DNA of 57,164 bases from a virus (taxonomy: Duplodnaviria > Caudoviricetes), in IMG/VR virus record IMGVR_UViG_3300004369_000017, positions 1-57,164 of that record, one strand, 5' to 3'. The notes beneath the pieces were generated by a model. The model saw nothing but the letters and a program-made list of their open reading frames with translations, did not search any database and had not been told where the DNA came from. Positions 10,801 through 19,232 of this stretch are shown piece by piece (within the stretch, counting starts at the first letter, position 1; every line of letters begins with the position of its first letter). The translations under genes and the position numbers were made by a program.

Positions 10801-13026
10801 AAAGCCGAATGCAAAGTTGGAAGGTTGGAATGGGCCGTTTACCGTTCCTTCTACACCTCTCCATCTACGGGAATAATTTGTTTTGAGAGTTGGTGGAGTA
10901 GAAAAGCCGTGGGGAATACCTTCTATCAGCGAGATAGGCTGGAACGCAGGCCCAAGATTGAATGCGTCATCCGTAGCCTGTCTTTTAACAGGAATAAGCC
11001 TAGCCTCAGAACGAGTGTTTGCAATATGTCGAATAGCCTCTGAGCCATCAACTGAGAACATAATAGCGTTCTGTGGAGCGTGTCTGATTAACAATTCGAT
11101 ATCAGCTATCTCCGCACCACTAGGCACTGGATAGATATCCAAATTTAATCTTTCGAACATCGAACTATTATTATAGTCTCTTGACTTGCCTAACGCAACA
11201 GTGTCTTCGTATACCTTTAGGGGAATCTCATACCAAGTAAACTCTTCGCTTGTGATTACTGTAGGAGACAATAAGTAGTGATCCCCGCCTGCATTATTAG
11301 TGCCAGAAGACTCGTAATATTGATCAGCAGAAGATAGAGGCTCTCCATCAATACCAAGATCATCGCTTGGAAGAAAACCAGAAGCGACAGGAATATCTCC
11401 AGACCCCTCAATGTTTTGCAGGAACCCACCAACTTGCGAGGTAACATTTAATAGACCATCATCGCTGTAACCAACTACATCTATTGAGAAATCTCTTGAT
11501 CCAACTTCTTTCTTAGCAAGGATTCTAAGACTAACAGAGTCAATGGTAAAGAAGTTGTCTTCGACATCCATGTGGTTCTTATTTTGGGTGTCAAAGGCTC
11601 CGAATGGCTGTACCCACATGCCGTAAGTACTTGCGTCGAAAGATTTTGTACCGAAAGATCCATCAGTAATTTCCTTCATTCTATCTGTAGCAGAATGTCC
11701 AAACCTTAATACCAGTTTGCCAGAATCAGCAATGGTAGAAGATTCCATTCTAATATGATTATCATGACGACTACTTAGCAACTTAGAGAGATTGCCAGTC
11801 CAAGTAGTTGACACATTAGGCCACACTTCATTAACTGTGTCAGCGTATAGATAAGTTGGTTTAATAGTACGCTCAACGCGGTGTCCTTTGTCTCTAACGG
11901 GAGCGTAGATTGGTAGATAGTCAGAAATGCCCGGACCTACAGCCCCACTGTTGCAAATCTCAATACCAGCAATACGGATACCGCGAACACCATTAAGCAG
12001 ACCGTTGGTTTGAGAAGATAAGGAATTACCATCCAAGGCCAAATAATCGTTACCAGACCCAATTGAGTCAGGGATAATTCTATTGTCTTCAAACCCTAAA
12101 CTAAAACCGCTATCAAAAGCGTCGTCATTAGACTCCACGGTCATATTAAAGGATAGGGTATACCCGTCACCTTGATGCATTAGAGGGTAATTGGCATCCC
12201 AATCATACTCCAAAGTATTGTTAAGTACAGGAGTGGTGGAGTGAGTGCTGTAATTGACATCTCCAAAAGTTACATGTTGACTATCCCCCTTTACTGTAAT
12301 ATCCTCGTAAGCAATAACGAGGTTACCAGAGGGGTCTTCGAAGCGAATGTCGTGAATTGTGTAAGTTGGGGGAATTCTAGACTCTACATCCATAAGTGGG
12401 GTAGAGGCACGAAATCTTAAATTACTGCTCTCTGGTTTAATAGAAACGGTGCTTAACTCACACTTGTATTTAAACAGTCCTTCAGTATGATCTGTATCAG
12501 GCTGTATATAAGTGTTTTCGTCTGCAACTATTTGTCCGTTCTCACCCTGAGTAATGTAGTCTCCAGTGTGAACTCCATCATCAATGCTAGCATACAGATC
12601 ACTAGAACTATTAAGCTCGTTAACAAACCCCACTCCAGAAGTCTGAATATCAGCAACAGGATAGAGCTTTTGCAGGCACCCAACAAGAGAGAAATCCCCT
12701 GTGTACTTATCCATGTTTGCAACGATTAAATCAGCAGACACATCAATGTTTTTAGTCAAAGCATATGTAGCTGTAATGCCGTCTGTAATATCAACAGAAA
12801 CATCAATATCTACAGCGTTGTTTGCATCCACGTTAAGTGTAACATTTGTGCCTACTTCAGTAGTTATAGACGTACCAATATCACGAGTGGCAGTGATAGA
12901 TACTGTTGAGTTAGCAACAACTTCTACAGAGCCGCTGACTATAGCCGGGTCACAAGATAAAGAAACTGACATCTCAGCAGATACTTCGATGTCAGCAGCA
13001 AGGTCAACGATACAAAGATGATCCAT
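1891..13026 (-). CDS. Giant tail-associated/adhesion protein (3711 aa) with FG-GAP propeller repeats, a LamG-like segment and GldG/IFT52-like alpha/beta domains
   Basis: Directly follows the tape measure gene. Seven FG-x-SV...VG[AS]P motifs. LamG-like 'FSVFTRFSP...IVSKWD...EFTLGY'. Two 'xxPxxxxSxxxIxxxxNWxAxGxxxLVL' segments. Confidence 0.7.
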   Translation of the reverse strand: MDHLCIVDLAADIEVSAEMSVSLSCDPAIVSGSVEVVANSTVSITATRDIGTSITTEVGTNVTLNVDANNAVDIDVSVDITDGITATYALTKNIDVSADLIVANMDKYTGDFSLVGCLQKLYPVADIQTSGVGFVNELNSSSDLYASIDDGVHTGDYITQGENGQIVADENTYIQPDTDHTEGLFKYKCELSTVSIKPESSNLRFRASTPLMDVESRIPPTYTIHDIRFEDPSGNLVIAYEDITVKGDSQHVTFGDVNYSTHSTTPVLNNTLEYDWDANYPLMHQGDGYTLSFNMTVESNDDAFDSGFSLGFEDNRIIPDSIGSGNDYLALDGNSLSSQTNGLLNGVRGIRIAGIEICNSGAVGPGISDYLPIYAPVRDKGHRVERTIKPTYLYADTVNEVWPNVSTTWTGNLSKLLSSRHDNHIRMESSTIADSGKLVLRFGHSATDRMKEITDGSFGTKSFDASTYGMWVQPFGAFDTQNKNHMDVEDNFFTIDSVSLRILAKKEVGSRDFSIDVVGYSDDGLLNVTSQVGGFLQNIEGSGDIPVASGFLPSDDLGIDGEPLSSADQYYESSGTNNAGGDHYLLSPTVITSEEFTWYEIPLKVYEDTVALGKSRDYNNSSMFERLNLDIYPVPSGAEIADIELLIRHAPQNAIMFSVDGSEAIRHIANTRSEARLIPVKRQATDDAFNLGPAFQPISLIEGIPHGFSTPPTLKTNYSRRWRGVEGTVNGPFQPSNFAFGFENPVMEYPFLSGYFRFDCDAFGEVNPAVGSLSGTFDGTANDRYQNLGWRFLDSDIFAGHSGNYKSIDWTTTTSGVTDYTSSPIYGQIADAFDSAVRVNYSKPINLPVTDMSQGFSVFTRFSPDIDATWDSGVIVSKWDSGNSLEFTLGYESGVLCATAMDVSGSIVKIVDTAEYHQYTFPLSVLLTYNDHGSHQLKLYTDNENFSENPLVDTPNEEDDYLSAGGSPLSTQTQASLTGDGPSWATLRATSEAFTLNSDVSQLRIGKCSGSGVGYNAFITELGVSTNNIVESGANIDLREVTAQKFLENHRSQWWIGNSSYIHDNVKLWSYIDENTDSDWTLGSYGYTSFGPAFSQLKSRPNKEMLRFTLAASGTPYSGYIERGLPTTLNSAVSYHSQIENDFLRLYLSDTANNFYAVPQRVTKALPRGYNFAEEAMAVDTVISHNGEGSGKLIVSLYTKRKEPYWTPDENNWGLVNRYAHQLDSNTAIHKLTSVFDYDSLLDETEQWALFPEEPRLREFEETYFSTDVDDMFIQYDLVFPSGDQFKAEINIHSSNVRLKDAFVQSTERYSMLNMYSSGNPSPVNGEMNLFASNFHLASGDVFNLYTVGPIQIQESGFPIYTSGLLMSTASLGMNVHGQETTSSTLNVNVTGDTEANIRNLATLVNINTIGKGVISSSGDGVLGMSLSLLNNEEVQIPSGSPLSLFVNATETNLGVTAHLPIFSNTDDMYSTEGRASTLSGVVNLTTVASAALVNRYPDAKMNLYTFSNNPTESMNLTSYGDSYSTNQTVGQINLFNATYGPTTGGAAHVRWFDNNYGVDIDLEDNVYATIPSDADIRGVDLVGYGSCTGNSPQKAVERAVISHGVTWYAEQCYDAGIFRAYDTLNGEYYDIRKYSDLTPNAPYNITLTVDTGDTESVPAPPEFEEWEYGTNSTLAFSGVQHSNAEQDEKMGTSVAVKGDLMAVGSPFKDIVGESGQILTSAGTVYLYRRNPEIAGTKADWVALDDLILPSGFRGDYSIDAGEIITYPGVGSISGNKWSIGQEGRELGHAVDIANSGNREVIVVGAPGAQWNRTFDEIITEKIPVGIMLFVDNFEYDEDEVYRISNVVRKWDVLYKYFSAPWYPNTSGEFQPELDIKVMVCQCVDSSEEKPLIPKLPAFISHTYVGKLNDSTVGEKGSEEWAVIKNDMVSGVKEIFNATFQRDSGRLYNNLPPILGIFQDSSNSLNGAFASFTEATEEVVDEFETYFKELTFASGVGASGYVNRTLGNAEDWMLESIDLMDDTLATGNLIENSALGFITSGVGQEWANENALDFQISPPSGGRVYVYENENGVFNLIQEIKSPDELGRNSYSLGNYGQVENDRFGHSVSISDNAEVISVGSPYSNHPCKIYEDSSSERQRLFNGLPAWLNSQGIIIDDNVLASESGRLETYYGLTQSEKFKFRSDETFWNSRGGIPQPYKSAYDYRYTDIPYTGTWSFIPGHFAGTSRLGYSTSVSEDGNTVVFGAPTDSFNEFDDTNVWFKSENTWASYVNAGAVRVFESRNYFPHSGVVEFYRFGNLDKNSHPEASGSYEDLKTIFNNSGRSFERLPFDDIEIPQDAGLAFIITPELDSASDEVIDNIKNWMALGDRTLVLVGNDPSYEEGGKYAKSNAILHKILKKLDSRMRIHPARNEYEAINYCADVSNNRYNVTNAYVPANAHSTAVNNGPIYASGVGDIRIDLNGLDVNKPDLLIDAPCNILNDRCNMPIQHGGDLRAEWNAMCTKRAGNTVIEIHYKENWPFHFGNEKRSQDCDSPPSQLIDRPNQEPRPLLTAAEYVAPSSYTVPATSGWVDLGCTTTYKTVTTRQTVWEFGSTPIDNLEFGVSGVIEAENSVSGVGLAHIGHSENHYNPLFMGDRDGIIQGSGSSYTLPPVNKTAVLDNNAVLATEESYKDTTSSVVMIASVFPENKNSMEGRYGDRTNLNSDQNIFFYANLMRESCNDAAVVKQLGGWTRRVSFADAYSESQLIARLSSTKIGTNAPSIEENYTGNLNNVVDIVWIANPAELPSESDITKLTNWLAIGGKRLVLTYDQRPESAQRAAFIMKSLGMTSTPHIDRGGRHVVHSTDTIGNSNKQTCCPYDEHEEPLQLLDSDSEIIAGCVNTYGKSSRLEKLVISGEEDSYIPIKANNATKLIYFNENVHETYQETPTAWQIKGESDLIFNVTPGSGYRIYYSWVSEFPEERYALDMRINNVSLSADPKAGSSHVNKNLSGTSVGFPQSAYVDVKVPSGVNTVSFEFTSDRWRNIPSSNEKPYTPRVLSVSGAMLPTNPRVLINSEQIIDPDISPNPVCSGEWRPIPSYIVTIPEQFRPIMTDNTKYCQDFPNTSTLCKDKGGLLIEDGPVVAAEELEHFSAFSNGQNRSRIILISDSSIVQGACEGYRDDALTGNQRFIRSLYPPSPSTNNTSGGRSFEFTQKLLSPERGSPAKSFAVNNIANNISAFGMAGVSGNLNSYVDDENNTHPGDVVRPADPVSPEQIKAEIRSFGQNVTTAFGMYPRFSGAQYIDAGIMGGMPSLMRDSGVDHINLSENPGDLFGYSVSLHENKLMVGSPFNSYGGSGVTPWTSGGSGNVEYGSRGGGAVFYYENTNSGVNVVSEFLPWEFKQKLKADTVSPEDRFGASVSIDHDFVAIGAPGHGSGVTYEDVYDSDAFIRKEFNAEFSIPEHNVYDSGAYVDNAGAVYTYSHFMVNWQTRYKEWTYAEKMVAQEGVDREDDYFGLSVSIDRPLRGDGDYTMIVGAPEALDSSGVMFTYDAMLRSQVPAIANSGSYIHAAVFGHKSENNLNIVVNQNVSGGSQTYSVSGIVSANQNGDIFLEASGYDPSLRGFIKHRPFVKIVTGEILDGTKVTDYMNIGTIGSSKQETESMNLTIVGPTNASVYNTLDLTTSSWNEAQAGSGNPGLNLTTEGTATTTDSAILNLGVSGIGTPTPETLNLRLRGK

Positions 13027-13028
13027 AC

Positions 13029-16000
13029 TTAGTCCACTATATGTGTGCCATTAGTTGCGTGTTTGATACTTCTAATTTTTGAGATCACTAAATCCATTAT
13101 TTCATCTTTGACTTTAGCAGTCATCTCACTGAGGAAGCTTGTACCGTTAAAGTTCACATTGACATTAGTTGTGTCAAGTGATAACTGAAGTTTAGTACCA
13201 GCAAGTTTATCAACACTTTCCGCAAATCTAGAAAAACTACTATCAAGACTTGAGATCATATTGCTATAATCAATCGAAATAGAACTGCTATTTGATTGAA
13301 CAGAGCCGCCAGTTTGACGATATTGCACTCCCCTATTATATGATACACCATCCCCACCATTCATAGCTCTTAATAGCTGTAGGTTGTTTCCACGCTGTAC
13401 AGCACCACGATTTACGACGAATTCTCCCGGAGTTAACATGGCGGGAACAGTGTCTGTGCCTCTTGGCACGAACATTCCGTTGTTTGCATATACAGTTCCT
13501 CCGCTAGCGTATCCAGTCCTGTATTGCCCACTACCAACATATGCCGTCTCTGCGCGTTTTCTTTCTTCTTCTCTTCCAAGGGCGTCGTATTGTTTCATCG
13601 ACTCTTCAGTAATGGGTGTGCTATAATCAGGTTGAGTATTATTATCAACACTAAAAGCAATTCCTCTGGTTTGTCTAGATGATCTCAATTGGGCGTCCCG
13701 TATTCTTTGATCTTTTTCTTCTGGTGTTTCTTTTTTTTCCTTAGCTTTATCAGCCTCTTCTTTTTTCTTAGCCTCTTCTTTTTCTTTTGCTCTTTCTTCT
13801 TTTTCTACCTTATCTTTTTCATTTTGCTCATCACGCTTAACCATAGCGTTGTCACGAGCCTGTTTTGCTATGTTGATAACAGCGGATTTGATTTCGATAT
13901 TCCCTTTATCGATCTTTGCTAAATTTTCACCAGCCTGTGGCATAATACCCGCTAACTCAACTGCCTCGTCTATAAGCGGTTTTTCTTCTTCTGTTCGACC
14001 AGTCATTAAGTCTATATTTCTTTGATTAGCAAATGGTCCTAATACGATTTGGGCGGCTCTCGCTAACTTACCCTGTTCTACCCCTTGAGCTTTTAATTGG
14101 TCAAAAGCAGTTTTTAAGGCTTCTTGAGAGAATTGTCCAGCCATCACGTTGTTACCAGACATTAAGGCATCTTGAGCAGCAGCAGCTTCCTGTCCCTTCA
14201 AGTATCCCTCAAAATCGCCGCTAGCTAATTTGTCAATAGAAGACCTTTCTAATTCAGTCTTCTTTCTAGCTAGAGCCAACTCTTCACGCACTATACCTAT
14301 TCTTTCCTGAGTGTATTTTAATAAGTCTTCATTAGCTCTTATATTGCTTTCCAGAGTAGAGTTGCTCAACTCATCATTGCCATTAAAATTACCGCCTGCT
14401 CCAATCTCTCCATTTACTGCATTTACTGCATTTAACCTATTCTGCTGTTCTGCTGAAGCTTTTTTTTCTAAATCTTTAAAAGTATCAGATATATCTTTAG
14501 TACTGGCTTTTGGATCAAGCTCTTTTATTCCAGCGGCCTTAAGGCTGGGGTTTACTGATTCAGTAATAAGCTGTCTTTTTTCATCTGGCGATGTCTTAAC
14601 GCCAGTAAATTCTTCCTTAATACTAGCAGCTTCCATTTTGATAGATGCTAAACGCTGAAGAGAATCGATATGTTTATTCGTAAGAGCATTTTTTTCTCTC
14701 GTTAGACCTAAAAGTATATCTTCCTGCTTAGATATTTCTTCTAATATAGGAAGCACATCTTCAGAAAGTCCTTGTCCCAACGCCTGTGTAAGAGCGTCTG
14801 CAAACTTGCTATAGTCACCACGCTCAATAGCCTCTGTTATTGCTGGATCGTTCATGTCAATATTAGCAGACGCCGACCTTATCCTTTTAGCTTCATCTTC
14901 TCCAATTTTTTTTTCAATGATAATTTGCTCAATAAAATTATCTTTTATCTCGCTTGGTGTTACTTTATTTTTTCTATCCTCCTTGACTTTTTCAAAAGCC
15001 TTTTCACCTCCTTTTGTAAAATCAGTTATAGCCTTGAAAGACTTTTGTACAGTTTCTACTTGGTTGTCGCTAGCTCCACCCAACTTAAGAGCGTTACCGA
15101 CATTTTTCTGTATATTGCCAATCTCCTTATCAGTCATATCGCTAGACACATTACTCATGGCAGCTTTGAATTCAGCAATTTGTTGTTTGTAAGGATTGTT
15201 GCCAATTTCAGAACTAGAAACAGCACCTTCCATCCTTAAGGTTGTCCCACTGGAAATAGCTGAGACACTTCTTAATCCAAAATTTAGGGCTTTTAAATGC
15301 TCTATATTTTCACGAATAGCCTTACTCTGATTTTTATAATCTTCAGTGAGTTCATCGATTTGATCTTGGGTTAAACCCATCTTAGATATAGCTTCGTTAA
15401 ACCCCTCCATTCCAGCCCCAGAATGCACCATTTGTTCAGTCAGTTGTCTGAAAACAGGTCCAAGTGCTTCAAACTCTTTTTCATTCTTCTCTTTACCCTC
15501 TTTTTCTAAAGCTTTAGCTTGTTTTTCTGCTGCCCTGTCTTGTTGTCCAGAGTTGTTAAACAGTAGTCCACCAAGACTAAGCACATCGCGAGTTACTCTA
15601 CTGCCAAAACCAACATTCTTTCTATCACTCCTCAGATTACTAGCAGCTTCTTTATTTGCATTAGATAAATTAACGGACTCAGTGAAATTTTTAGTAACTC
15701 CACCCTCTTTAATAGCTTGTGATGCAGAGATTCTACCAGCTTCAATATCTGCCAGCACTCTTGAGGCGGCTTTTGCGTTCTTAGCGTAATTAAGTTGAAA
15801 TTTACTAGCAAGAGCTGAGGATTTAGCAAGAGCCTTTAATGAAGAAGATGTTGGTCCACCAAACCACTCTTTCATAGCTCTCTCAGCTTTTCCTATTTGT
15901 GGTATCCAACCGCTTAAAGCGTTGCTAATCCCACTTGTTTCCTTAAGAACAGCTAATTCCTGAGCCTTAGCAACATTACCTTCTTCCACGGCGTCGTTAT

Positions 16001-19000
16001 ATTTACCTAGATTATCTTGGTATGCATTAAGTATGGTATTCACTACAGAAAGACCTGTCGTGAGCGTGGCTAGAGGACCAGTAGCAAGCTTCATCACGAA
16101 GCCGCCAGCTTTTCCCAAGGCTCCACCAAAACTCTTTAAGAGGCTACCTATTTTCCCCGAGCCGGGAATTTTGTTGCCTAAATTAGAAGCCCCAACAGTA
16201 AATCTATCATTCAATAGCGAGAAGGGGGAACCTTGTTTACTGTCTATCCGACCTTGAGCCCCATTTATTTTGTTTGCTCTACTAGTTTTAAAACTACTCA
16301 ATTTATCTAAAATTTTGTTTCCAAGACCGTCTTTGCCTGTTCCCATCCCCTTAAAAATTGACGTGACATCTGGTAATTTTAACTGAACCCCAAAACTCTG
16401 TAATGCGAACATAACAGTACCAAGAGACGTTGCCATTCCTAATACAGAATCTACCACACGTCTTGTTGCAGAGGAATTCTCATCAGCCGCACCAGCAATT
16501 TGGTTTATAATAGAGGGTAGTGATTGAAGGGCTAATATACCAGCAAGAGCTTTTCCACCACCACCATCAAACCCACTGTTAGATGGCTTAGCTAACACTT
16601 CGTCACCTTCATTGAACCTCTGAACACCAACAACGCCCCCCTTATTAAAGCCTTGAACACCTAACTTATTCATACGCCTAAGGTTGTTGTAACCAACACG
16701 CTTAGCCGTATCTCTATTGATGACAAACTCACCCGGCGTAAGGAGAGCGGGAACGGTATCAGAACTGGCAATACCGCCTCCTTTTGCGAAATTTGGGAAA
16801 CCAGAAAAAACTTCATCGAAAAAGAATCTTGACCTCTCCTTCCTAATACCGGGAACCCCCTCCGCAATCATCTTGTTTAGATCGCTAGCTTTGATGTTTT
16901 TAACACCTATTTCTTCAGGAAATTGCGAAGAGAAACTTTTAATGTTATCTAAGGTAAGTCCTGAAAATGAAGTCTTAGACTTATCTATAAGTGATTTTGC
17001 AAAAGGGCTTCCTGTTCTTTGTAAATTACTAGTTTCCACCCCTTTTTCTGGACCAGATTTTAGAAATTGCCTACTCAACTCAGGTTGTTGCAGGATTTCG
17101 GCAGCCATCTGCCCAATAGTCTTACTCCTTAAAGAACCACTTTTTGATCCTGTGACACTAGCTGTGGCAAAAGACGCTTTAGCATCTACAAAAGTATTTG
17201 GAAGCTGTGTATAGTTATCTTTTAAAATGCCACTTACACCATTTGGAAAGTCAAAACGCTTTCCAGTATCTGAAGAGAAGGGGTCTCCTTTAATGACTCT
17301 TAGAGTGTCTTCAAAAAGATTTCCACGTGTAGCTGGATTAATAGATTTTAAGAACTTTTCACCGTCGGACTCACCAACCTCACCAAGGTTAGAATTAATC
17401 CCTAAGTCATTCTTCAAGAAACTAGTCGTTGTGTTTACTGATTGAACAATAGCTGTATCTAAAGCTTGGTTGAATTTTTTAGACGTTTCTTTACCAAGAC
17501 CTTCTCTGACGGCGGTAAATTTGCCAGTAATAGATTTATAGTTACTATTAAGGTCTAAACCCATGCTTTTCTCAAGGTCACTCTTTGTAATGTTGAAGTC
17601 TGTAGACCTAGCATTTTCTCCATGCTCTAGAATAGCTGCTCCAACAGTTCTCTGACCAGACTCAGCTTGTTTAACAAGACCTCCAGTGTTTAAGCGTTGT
17701 AGATTATCTAAACCAATAGACTCAACACTTTTCTTCTTAATCACAAATTCACCGGGGGTCAGCATTGCTGGAACAGTATCGCGGTTTCCTTGTCCCGGTA
17801 CTAATCCGCCTGTGTTAAAACCAATAGGCCCACCTTCACTATGTCTAGTGAGGCCAGCACCAATACCGGCAGCAAAGCTCCCTATGCCGCGTGCAATCTT
17901 AATAGCAGCAAGAGCGCCAAGAATAGGCAGGATGGGTTTAAACGACTCAGACAGGCTGATTAGAGAGCTACTTAGATTCAACAGAGTCTGAATCATTACA
18001 CGAAAACTAGATGTCTCCGTCATAGACCTAGCTAAAGCGAGAAATTCTTCTCTCACTTTAGTGAATTGTACAGCAAGTGATTGTTGTGCAGTAATGGTAT
18101 CTTCAGTAAGAGAATTGCCGCCATCTAACGCTGCTTGACGTGCCTTCTCAGCAAGTTCAAATTTCTGAATAAGAGGAAGTACCTTGCCGATTTGACGGAA
18201 GCCACCAAGTTCTTCAGCAATCTTAACAAAACGAATATCACCCGTTTCAAATGAAGACAAGGCTTCACTCAGTCTTTTAATCGCCTCAAATGGACCAACA
18301 AATCTACCCTCTAAGTCAGTCAGCTCAACACCAAACTGCTTCATATATTCAATAGTTTGTGGACGTTGAATACGTGTAAAGATAGTACGCATACCAGTAG
18401 CGATAGATTCAGCAGATTCACGAGTGGTAGCACGTACAGAAGTAAACAGGGCGAGCAATTCGTTGAGATCACCACCGGCAGATTTGAACACACCACCAGT
18501 CCTACGTACAGCAGAAATCAGGTCTCCAGATTCTACCGCAAACTGACCAGCAACAGCATTGATAGAACCAAGCTGCGTTTCGAGAGCACCTACACCCTGA
18601 CCAAATTGCGCTAATACAGCAACCGCACCTTCGGCTGTCTTTTCGATATCCTCAAAAGTTGGAGCAAGCGTAGTTTTGGCTAATGCAGAAAGAGAAACTT
18701 CCAAATCGTTAGCTTGGATACCAGCCTGTGAAAGTATACGAGCTACTCCCAATAGACCTTTTGATGACGTACCCAGCTCGGTAGAAAGACGGGTAACTTC
18801 CTGTGTCAGACCACCCAACTCTTTAACTGTTTTACCAGTAACCTGAGAAATCTTAACAAGCTCACGTTCAAACTCAATAGCCTCTTCAATAGCTTGGGCG
18901 GTTTTAGTAGTAAATAACCCAACAGCTCGGTTGGCAATAGAAAAAGCCGCAAAGCGACGAAGAGATACCCCAAAGGATTTACCCATCCGCTCTGCGGCTG

Positions 19001-19181
19001 TACTTACACTATTAATACGTTGTTCAACTGATCCTAACGCCTTATTGGTCGCTGGAACCCCTTGAATAATAACAGGTATATTAACACCATTCAACTGCTG
19101 TTGAATCGTCTGCATCACCTGAGCAGTGTTGGTTGGGGCACGGAGTTGTAATTCTGCGGTTAGTACAAATCTATCAGACAT
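13029..19181 (-). CDS. Tail tape measure protein
   Basis: 2050 aa and helical. The N-terminal TP901-type core reads 'AIEFERELVKISQVTG...INAVAGQFAVESGDL...ESAESIATGMRTIFTRI'. Three 'DTVPA(M/L)LTPGEFV' motifs. Lies downstream of the tail tube and chaperone genes. Confidence 0.92.
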   Translation of the reverse strand: MSDRFVLTAELQLRAPTNTAQVMQTIQQQLNGVNIPVIIQGVPATNKALGSVEQRINSVSTAAERMGKSFGVSLRRFAAFSIANRAVGLFTTKTAQAIEEAIEFERELVKISQVTGKTVKELGGLTQEVTRLSTELGTSSKGLLGVARILSQAGIQANDLEVSLSALAKTTLAPTFEDIEKTAEGAVAVLAQFGQGVGALETQLGSINAVAGQFAVESGDLISAVRRTGGVFKSAGGDLNELLALFTSVRATTRESAESIATGMRTIFTRIQRPQTIEYMKQFGVELTDLEGRFVGPFEAIKRLSEALSSFETGDIRFVKIAEELGGFRQIGKVLPLIQKFELAEKARQAALDGGNSLTEDTITAQQSLAVQFTKVREEFLALARSMTETSSFRVMIQTLLNLSSSLISLSESFKPILPILGALAAIKIARGIGSFAAGIGAGLTRHSEGGPIGFNTGGLVPGQGNRDTVPAMLTPGEFVIKKKSVESIGLDNLQRLNTGGLVKQAESGQRTVGAAILEHGENARSTDFNITKSDLEKSMGLDLNSNYKSITGKFTAVREGLGKETSKKFNQALDTAIVQSVNTTTSFLKNDLGINSNLGEVGESDGEKFLKSINPATRGNLFEDTLRVIKGDPFSSDTGKRFDFPNGVSGILKDNYTQLPNTFVDAKASFATASVTGSKSGSLRSKTIGQMAAEILQQPELSRQFLKSGPEKGVETSNLQRTGSPFAKSLIDKSKTSFSGLTLDNIKSFSSQFPEEIGVKNIKASDLNKMIAEGVPGIRKERSRFFFDEVFSGFPNFAKGGGIASSDTVPALLTPGEFVINRDTAKRVGYNNLRRMNKLGVQGFNKGGVVGVQRFNEGDEVLAKPSNSGFDGGGGKALAGILALQSLPSIINQIAGAADENSSATRRVVDSVLGMATSLGTVMFALQSFGVQLKLPDVTSIFKGMGTGKDGLGNKILDKLSSFKTSRANKINGAQGRIDSKQGSPFSLLNDRFTVGASNLGNKIPGSGKIGSLLKSFGGALGKAGGFVMKLATGPLATLTTGLSVVNTILNAYQDNLGKYNDAVEEGNVAKAQELAVLKETSGISNALSGWIPQIGKAERAMKEWFGGPTSSSLKALAKSSALASKFQLNYAKNAKAASRVLADIEAGRISASQAIKEGGVTKNFTESVNLSNANKEAASNLRSDRKNVGFGSRVTRDVLSLGGLLFNNSGQQDRAAEKQAKALEKEGKEKNEKEFEALGPVFRQLTEQMVHSGAGMEGFNEAISKMGLTQDQIDELTEDYKNQSKAIRENIEHLKALNFGLRSVSAISSGTTLRMEGAVSSSEIGNNPYKQQIAEFKAAMSNVSSDMTDKEIGNIQKNVGNALKLGGASDNQVETVQKSFKAITDFTKGGEKAFEKVKEDRKNKVTPSEIKDNFIEQIIIEKKIGEDEAKRIRSASANIDMNDPAITEAIERGDYSKFADALTQALGQGLSEDVLPILEEISKQEDILLGLTREKNALTNKHIDSLQRLASIKMEAASIKEEFTGVKTSPDEKRQLITESVNPSLKAAGIKELDPKASTKDISDTFKDLEKKASAEQQNRLNAVNAVNGEIGAGGNFNGNDELSNSTLESNIRANEDLLKYTQERIGIVREELALARKKTELERSSIDKLASGDFEGYLKGQEAAAAQDALMSGNNVMAGQFSQEALKTAFDQLKAQGVEQGKLARAAQIVLGPFANQRNIDLMTGRTEEEKPLIDEAVELAGIMPQAGENLAKIDKGNIEIKSAVINIAKQARDNAMVKRDEQNEKDKVEKEERAKEKEEAKKKEEADKAKEKKETPEEKDQRIRDAQLRSSRQTRGIAFSVDNNTQPDYSTPITEESMKQYDALGREEERKRAETAYVGSGQYRTGYASGGTVYANNGMFVPRGTDTVPAMLTPGEFVVNRGAVQRGNNLQLLRAMNGGDGVSYNRGVQYRQTGGSVQSNSSSISIDYSNMISSLDSSFSRFAESVDKLAGTKLQLSLDTTNVNVNFNGTSFLSEMTAKVKDEIMDLVISKIRSIKHATNGTHIVD

Positions 19182-19232
19182 TATCTGCTTTCAAATTACT
19201 TACGACCTTTACACTAACCTGTAACTATCCGT

